64,000 nucleotides of DNA from the human T2T-CHM13v2.0 reference genome, Homo sapiens. Shown here one piece after another: positions 52,050-64,000 of the stretch. Positions within the stretch are counted from its first letter, which is position 1; each line of letters starts with the position of its first letter. Where the stretch lies: the NCBI RefSeq assembly GCF_009914755.1, contig NC_060933.1. One strand, given 5' to 3'. A program made the position numbers and the translations under genes. The notes under the pieces were generated by a model. That model ran no database searches and was not told the origin of the DNA. It saw only the letters and a program-made list of their open reading frames with translations.

Positions 52050-53000
52050 ATATTCATTAAAATGTATTAATTACCTCTTATATGTCAAGCATTGTACAAG
52101 ACAGACATACTTCCTTCTCAGCTGAAACTTATATTCTAGTCTGGAAGATTGGGTAGATGAAAACACAAATCAAAAATCAGATAATGTCAGATAACAAGAG
52201 ATGCTAAGAAAAATAAAACAGGGTGAGGAGATGGAGTGACATGGATGGGAACTTGGTCAGGGAAGCCTCCTTTGAAAAGATACCATTTTATAACAGTCCT
52301 GAATGAAGAGAACAGATCAGTCAAGTGAAGATGTCAGGCAAAAGTATTCCAGACAGAGAAAATAGCTCAGACAACGCCCAAGACAGAAGTATATTTGGGA
52401 TGTTTCAGAATAAAAGGAATCTCATTGGGGTTAAAAATTATCCAAGCAGAGAAGAAGGCAGAAGCCAAGATTATGTAGGCCTTGTAGACTATACAAGCAA
52501 TTAAGGTTGTATTCTTTTGGGATGGACTCCAGTGGAGGATCTTAAATGGAAAAGTGACATTACTACTTTTATGAACGAGCACTCTAACTTTTCTTCTAGA
52601 TGGAGGATAAAGTAGGGATACAAGAATGGAAGCAGTGAAACCATTTAGAAGGTCATTTCTTTGGACCACGCAAGAGATACATGATGGCATGAATTAGGGT
52701 GATAGCACTGAAGAGAGAGAGGGAGAAGTTGACAAGTCTTAGGTATCTTTTAGTGACAGAGCCAGCAAGACTTGCTGATGGATTTGACATGAAGGATGAG
52801 AGAGAGAACCCCTAAATTTTTCACCTGAACAAATTACGATGCCATTTACTGGAATGGAGAAGATTGAAGGAGAAACAGGGTTGCTTAAAGTGATAGGGAA
52901 GGTGGGTGAAATCCAGATTCTGTTTCACCATCTTAAATTTAAGATGCCTATTAGAGTCAAGTGAGGATATCGAGTAAATAAATGTTGGACACATGAGCTT
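52050..53000 (-). mobile_element. L2a-like
   Basis: attcattaaaatgtattaattacctc...gagccagcaagacttgctgatggattt...tttaagatgcctattaga. Confidence 0.8.
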
Positions 53001-53349
53001 ACATCTCAGTAAGTCAGAGATTCAACAGAGGAATATTTGAAGGTCTATAGAGGTTGAACTGCTTTCTAAGAGGTTAAAATAATAAGTTTAAGATATTAGA
53101 TTAATATGTCAAGATCTTTTTCAGGGTTTCAGGATTCATTTTGTACCATGTAGTATATAGCCTTTGCAGGTTGTGCTAGGCCAAACAATGTACTGATTGC
53201 CTCCCCTCAAAAAAAAAAGTATATGTTCTAATTTGTCCCCATGGCATGGACTCAGAAGATAGTACTGTGGTGAAATTCAACTGTCAAAGTAATTAGATTC
53301 TCAGGATGCTTTTTTAGTTCTTCATAAGTGCAGTATAAAGTTCTAACTT

Positions 53350-53790
53350 CTTGCTCTCTTTCAATGCCCCACATATTCTGGACCCATTCTACCAATTCAG
53401 CAAGTACCCACCATTCCAAATGGACACAACTCCTCACTCCCCATGGTATGCAGTACTCATTCTTTTTTCCCAAGCTCCTGTTTTCCCTCTGCCTTGCTCC
53501 TCCCTAGCCATTTGCTTTAAGGCCCGGAGATGAATTCTAGGCCTTTGAATTCTCTTAACTCTCCTGTAGCATGAACTGATACTTCTTTTCTCTAAATTCC
53601 TAGCCTATATGATATGTACTGCTTGTTTTAATACTCAACATCAATACATTGCCTTAAAGTGTTATCCAGTACATACATTTTGTTTTCTTTAAAGTACAAG
53701 CTTTTGAAGGCAAATGACCCTGTTTATTATTCCTTTGTATTCTTGTGTGCCAGCATGCTGTTGAACAGATAGATAACTTATTCAGCAGAT
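53350..53790 (+). mobile_element. Highly diverged L2 (L2c/d-like) 3' end overlapping exon 19
   Basis: tttaaggccc...ttctctaaattcctagc...aagcttttgaaggcaaatgaccctgtttattattcctttgtattc resembles the L2 3' terminus. Confidence 0.5.
53401..53445 (+). CDS. SMC5: SMC5 coding exon 19 (45 nt, phase 0-0, Pro-rich)
   Basis: tcag|CAAGTA ... ATG|gtatgc. QVPTIPNGHNSSLPM, which is present in the 1101-aa human SMC5 sequence as I recall it. Confidence 0.88.
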
Positions 53791-53861
53791 TATTTTTCTT
53801 TTAACTATTTGAATGGAACTGTTTTCATTGTATCTATAATGACGGGCAATTTTTTTCTTAG

Positions 53862-54113
<252 letters not shown>

Positions 54114-54384
54114 TAAATGCCAGATTCTGAATCTATTAGAATTTTAAATAGATTCTTCCTAAGGAACACAATGTTCTGTGCCTTTTCTTTATAAAAAGAA
54201 TAGTTGGGCTAACCTGAAATACTGCAATGTCTATTTTTTCAAGGATAAAAAATGTCACTTTCAGTATGTAATAAGAGCATATATTATTTGCATACAAACA
54301 ATGCAGCACAATTGGCATTTTCATTTAATGTTTTAATCAATGCAAAATTGTATATAGTTTTATCCTTTGGTAGATTTATCTTAA

Positions 54385-54522
<138 letters not shown>

Positions 54523-54714
54523 TAGTTTTTAATCTTTTTATCATGTGATTATTAATGAAATGGGAATGTAGAATAATGGAAAATGAGATGACATGCTTCT
54601 AAGAGAAGTGTGTTATGCCCAGACTGATACTGATATAAAATTTACATAAAATTGTGTGTCAGAATATAGTAATACTGCTTTTAAATTGTGTTTTTATATT
54701 GCCTTTATTTGTAG

Positions 54715-54852
<138 letters not shown>

Positions 54853-55205
54853 TAAATAATATTTCTGGCAAATAATTTTAATTATATGCTTAAAGTACAT
54901 ATAAATTATTTATTTACTTTTGAGTTATATCTGTGAAAAGTTTTGTTTACCAAAATGTTGAAAGAAAGGAGAAAACCACCTGTGGGATTCCATTAGGGTC
55001 ACTTTTTTTGGGGGGGGTTATGTTTGGAATTAGTGACTAATACCTTGTAACTCTTTTTATACATCTGAGTAATGGTTATTCAGTTGTATTGAATAAATAC
55101 GTTATAAAGCTACCACAGCTGGAGTTAGAAGACTCAAACAGATTAGTTTGAAATATAGTGTATATCAGTGTCTTTTTTTTTTTAATAAAGAATTTAAGAA
55201 TTCAT

Positions 55206-56162
<957 letters not shown>

Positions 56163-56909
56163 TAATTAGTAAGTTATGTATCTCATTTTTAAGGTAAATC
56201 TGAACCTGACATAGAAGTGCCATCAATAAGAATAGTAAACCTTAGAGCATCCTCAGTTTTGGCAACATTTATAAAACACTAATGTACTCATTACAACAAA
56301 TATTTATTGAGCACCTATTACGTGCCAGGCTTGCTTTTTGCTGAGTATTGTGTGTATGTATGACTTAAGTTTTCAAAGTATATGTGTAATTCCTACCTTG
56401 TTTTTTTCCTTCTTAACCGACTGAAGAAGTTAGGGGGATTCTTGGCCCTCTGCAGTTACCATACACAACCACTTCTCTAGCACAAGAGAGCATGACACTC
56501 CATTATGTTCTAATTGCTTTCACCTACAGTTTAAGAACCTAGCATTTTGGAACTAGAATAGATAGTGCTTTTTGAGGACAGAGTTCCTCGCTCAGTAATT
56601 TCTAAAAACTCTTGGGGAAGCCTACTAAACTTGAATAGAATGGTATAGAGGAGGAAAATGTTAATTTAATCTGAATAATTTCCTTATCTAAATAGTTCTT
56701 TGAAAACCCTTAAAGCTTTTAGATAGTAACTGTTTGCTTAATATTTATTATTTTTAAAAATACATATATATTTATTGTTACATATTTAAACTAGTGTCAC
56801 TAAATTTTGAGTTCTTTACTCTTACTCAGTTAATTCAATCCATTTTCAAATAATAGAATGACATTACCAGAGGAAACTCATTTTTCATCACTTTTTAAAT
56901 GTTTTATAG

Positions 56910-57095
<186 letters not shown>

Positions 57096-57171
57096 TGATT
57101 GTTCTGTTACTTGGATCTTCTTATATCCTGTAACAGGAATAAATGTAATCATTATTGTTGCCATTGTTTAG

Positions 57172-57279
<108 letters not shown>

Positions 57280-57846
57280 TAACCTAAAAGTGGTCATATA
57301 CTCAGAAATCTCCTGTGGCATAATCATACAGTTTTTGTCCCAACATGCACATATTAGCAGGAACACTCCCAAAAAAGGAATTTAAAAGGTTAACAGTAAT
57401 ATTTACATTATTAAAGGGACAAATTCCAGTGTCATGCTTAATCAGAGGAAGAAAGGTAGGAGGCATATTATTATGTTCTAAAATTGAGATTGTCTCATTT
57501 CTCTTCTAGAAAAGGTACTCTTTCAGCACTGAAAGATGAGTGGGGAATACAACCCTTAAGACTCTGGCTCTTCATTTTCCCAAAAAAGCCTCTCTTGTCA
57601 TATACTGCCCTTCCTCTTTATTTGCCACTAGTACTAAGCTGGCCCAGGAGAAATTTAAGTATCCCAACATCTTCTATTCACAGGTTAATTCTGATAAAAA
57701 CAGAATTATCTTTGTAGATAATTTTTCATAATCTAAAACCATTGCAATGGGAAATTTTCTTTTGCTAAATCTAGTGCTGTGAGTAAATTACAAAGCATAT
57801 GTATTCAAAGATATGTTTTTAATGTAACCAGATTTTTTCCATTTTA

Positions 57847-58875
<1,029 letters not shown>

Positions 58876-58977
58876 GTTTTATTAATATTGCAAATAAAAT
58901 AATACATTTGACTGTACACATGTAAGGTTGGAAAACTATACTTCTCAGTATATAGCTTATATGACAATTTGTTTTAA

Positions 58978-61670
<2,693 letters not shown>

Positions 61671-62792
61671 TTTGGTGTATGTTATTTTAAGTGAGAACTA
61701 TTTTTTATACTCTGAACCTTATTAAGAGTCATTTTGGTTTTCAGATTTACTAAAAAAAGGTCTGTTAAGTACCCACATTTACAAAATAGTGTTCAGCAGT
61801 CTATTAGTGTTCGAAAGGGTAGAAAATTTAGTCCCTTTTCTGCCTGCAGTGAAATCACAGTCTAATAGAAGCAATAAACACTCATGAAAAAAAGGTTTAA
61901 ACCATTTAAAGAAGCCAAGTTACAAGGCCGAGTATTCATCAGAGAGGCTGCAACATAGGTTAACTGTTTTTATGTTTAAACACTATGTTTGCTAACATGC
62001 CCAATAGCCAATTTTCACTTATTACTCCTTACATTAAGCTACTATATAAAGTAATTTTTTTAAAATATATTTTTGAGTCAGGCAGACTTTCACTTACAAG
62101 TTACTTGATAGTCTCATCATTGGTGAAATGAGAATCATACCTAATTCACAGAGTTGTTGAGAGGAGCAAATGAGATCGGGGCCTATTGGGACACATAGCA
62201 TTATAGTGAGTACATTATTAATGTTTATGTATCTTCTCATATTTTAAATCTTGAAAAATGTACTGTGAATTTTATACACCCAGGTCTGAAAATTCTAAAT
62301 AATGTGAAAGTAGAGATTATTTTGTAGTCTATTGATAAATAGTTCAAAGGATGCCAATACCTACAGACTGAGCATTGGGGAGTGCTGATAGTTATTTTTA
62401 TAGATCTTGTTACCTTGTTAAATTCAAATATAAGTTAGTCAGATGAGCTTCTTTAAAGATATTCCATCTCATTATTTTATATTGATATATAATTTGGAAA
62501 TTTTATAATTAATAGAATTTGCACATTTGGGAGATATGACTATGTTGACAATTTGGGCTTTTTATTTCCACCAAAAAGGTTAGGTATGGGGGATTTTATT
62601 TATTTTTTAATGTTGAATTATAACTTTATTGCTGCAAAATAAATGACTGGTGATTGGCTGGAAGATTTAGATATTTTCAAAAAAGCCAGCTTTGTATAAT
62701 CCCAAAGAGAGAGAGCAGGTCTCCTCTGGTTAGCTTCATTCTAAGCTGTGCTAAGAGGACTTGGTGAAGCTGAGGGCAACCTAAAAACAGCT

Positions 62793-62819
62793 CTGGCCCT
62801 GGCCCTGGCCCTGGCCCTG
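62793..62819 (+). repeat. (CTGGCC)4 hexamer microsatellite
   Basis: ctggccctggccctggccctggccctg. Confidence 0.9.
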
Positions 62820-63169
62820 CCTTTATCAGAGAGGCTGCAACGTAGGTTAGTTATTTTTAGGTAGGTCAGAAACACCTGAAAGACGTTCTCCTTCCACAAA
62901 TAGTACCTTACCTGTCTGACCATGCTTTTGTTAGTAAACTTTAATTTCCTTTTGCCTGAGGAGACTGTTACACGCTCTTGGCATCCAGGGTCATGCGTTT
63001 AGAGTGAAGGTTGAGGGGAAAGGGTGCCAAGAGGGTCACTTGACCATTTCTGCCAAATTTAAGGAGTGGGTTAATGAATTCCAGTGCAGGAAAGATTTGG
63101 GACAAGCTGCCCAATGAATGTTATGATAGAATGGTAAATTTTACATTCCTTTCATATTATTTAGAATTT

Positions 63170-63988
<819 letters not shown>

Positions 63989-64000
63989 TCAAGTTCTTAC

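Noticed and set aside
62741-62923. ORF with RARARARA repeat
   Set aside because: It is the translation of the (CTGGCC)4 microsatellite on the minus strand.

Overview
Primate DNA, most likely human: AT-rich and dense in Alu/L1 repeats. The window holds the 3' two-thirds of SMC5 (structural maintenance of chromosomes 5) on the + strand. 17 coding exons from 4796 to 59127 splice in frame to 2253 nt (750 aa + stop), matching my recollection of human SMC5 residues 352-1101. Exons are numbered 9-25 assuming the 25-exon model. They cover the N-terminal coiled coil, hinge, C-terminal coiled coil and the C-terminal ATPase half (QSGGE signature, FRVVDE Walker B). The 3' UTR runs to a probable poly(A) signal at 61647. 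Introns are largely nested mobile elements: about 35 Alu pieces, L1/L2/MIR, near-full-length Tigger1 and Charlie1a, a complete MSTA provirus and THE1 solo LTRs. I found no new multi-gene system. The features most worth checking are absent from, or unexplained by, the ORF track: (1) an old FTH1 processed pseudogene split into three pieces by Alu insertions, (2) a 45-nt SMC5 coding exon that appears to lie inside an ancient L2, (3) a GC-AG intron, (4) a candidate poison exon, (5) exons that rebuild a 5' splice site after splicing, and (6) a Y4 RNA retrocopy. Repeat subfamily names come from remembered consensus sequences, and boundaries of old repeats are approximate.
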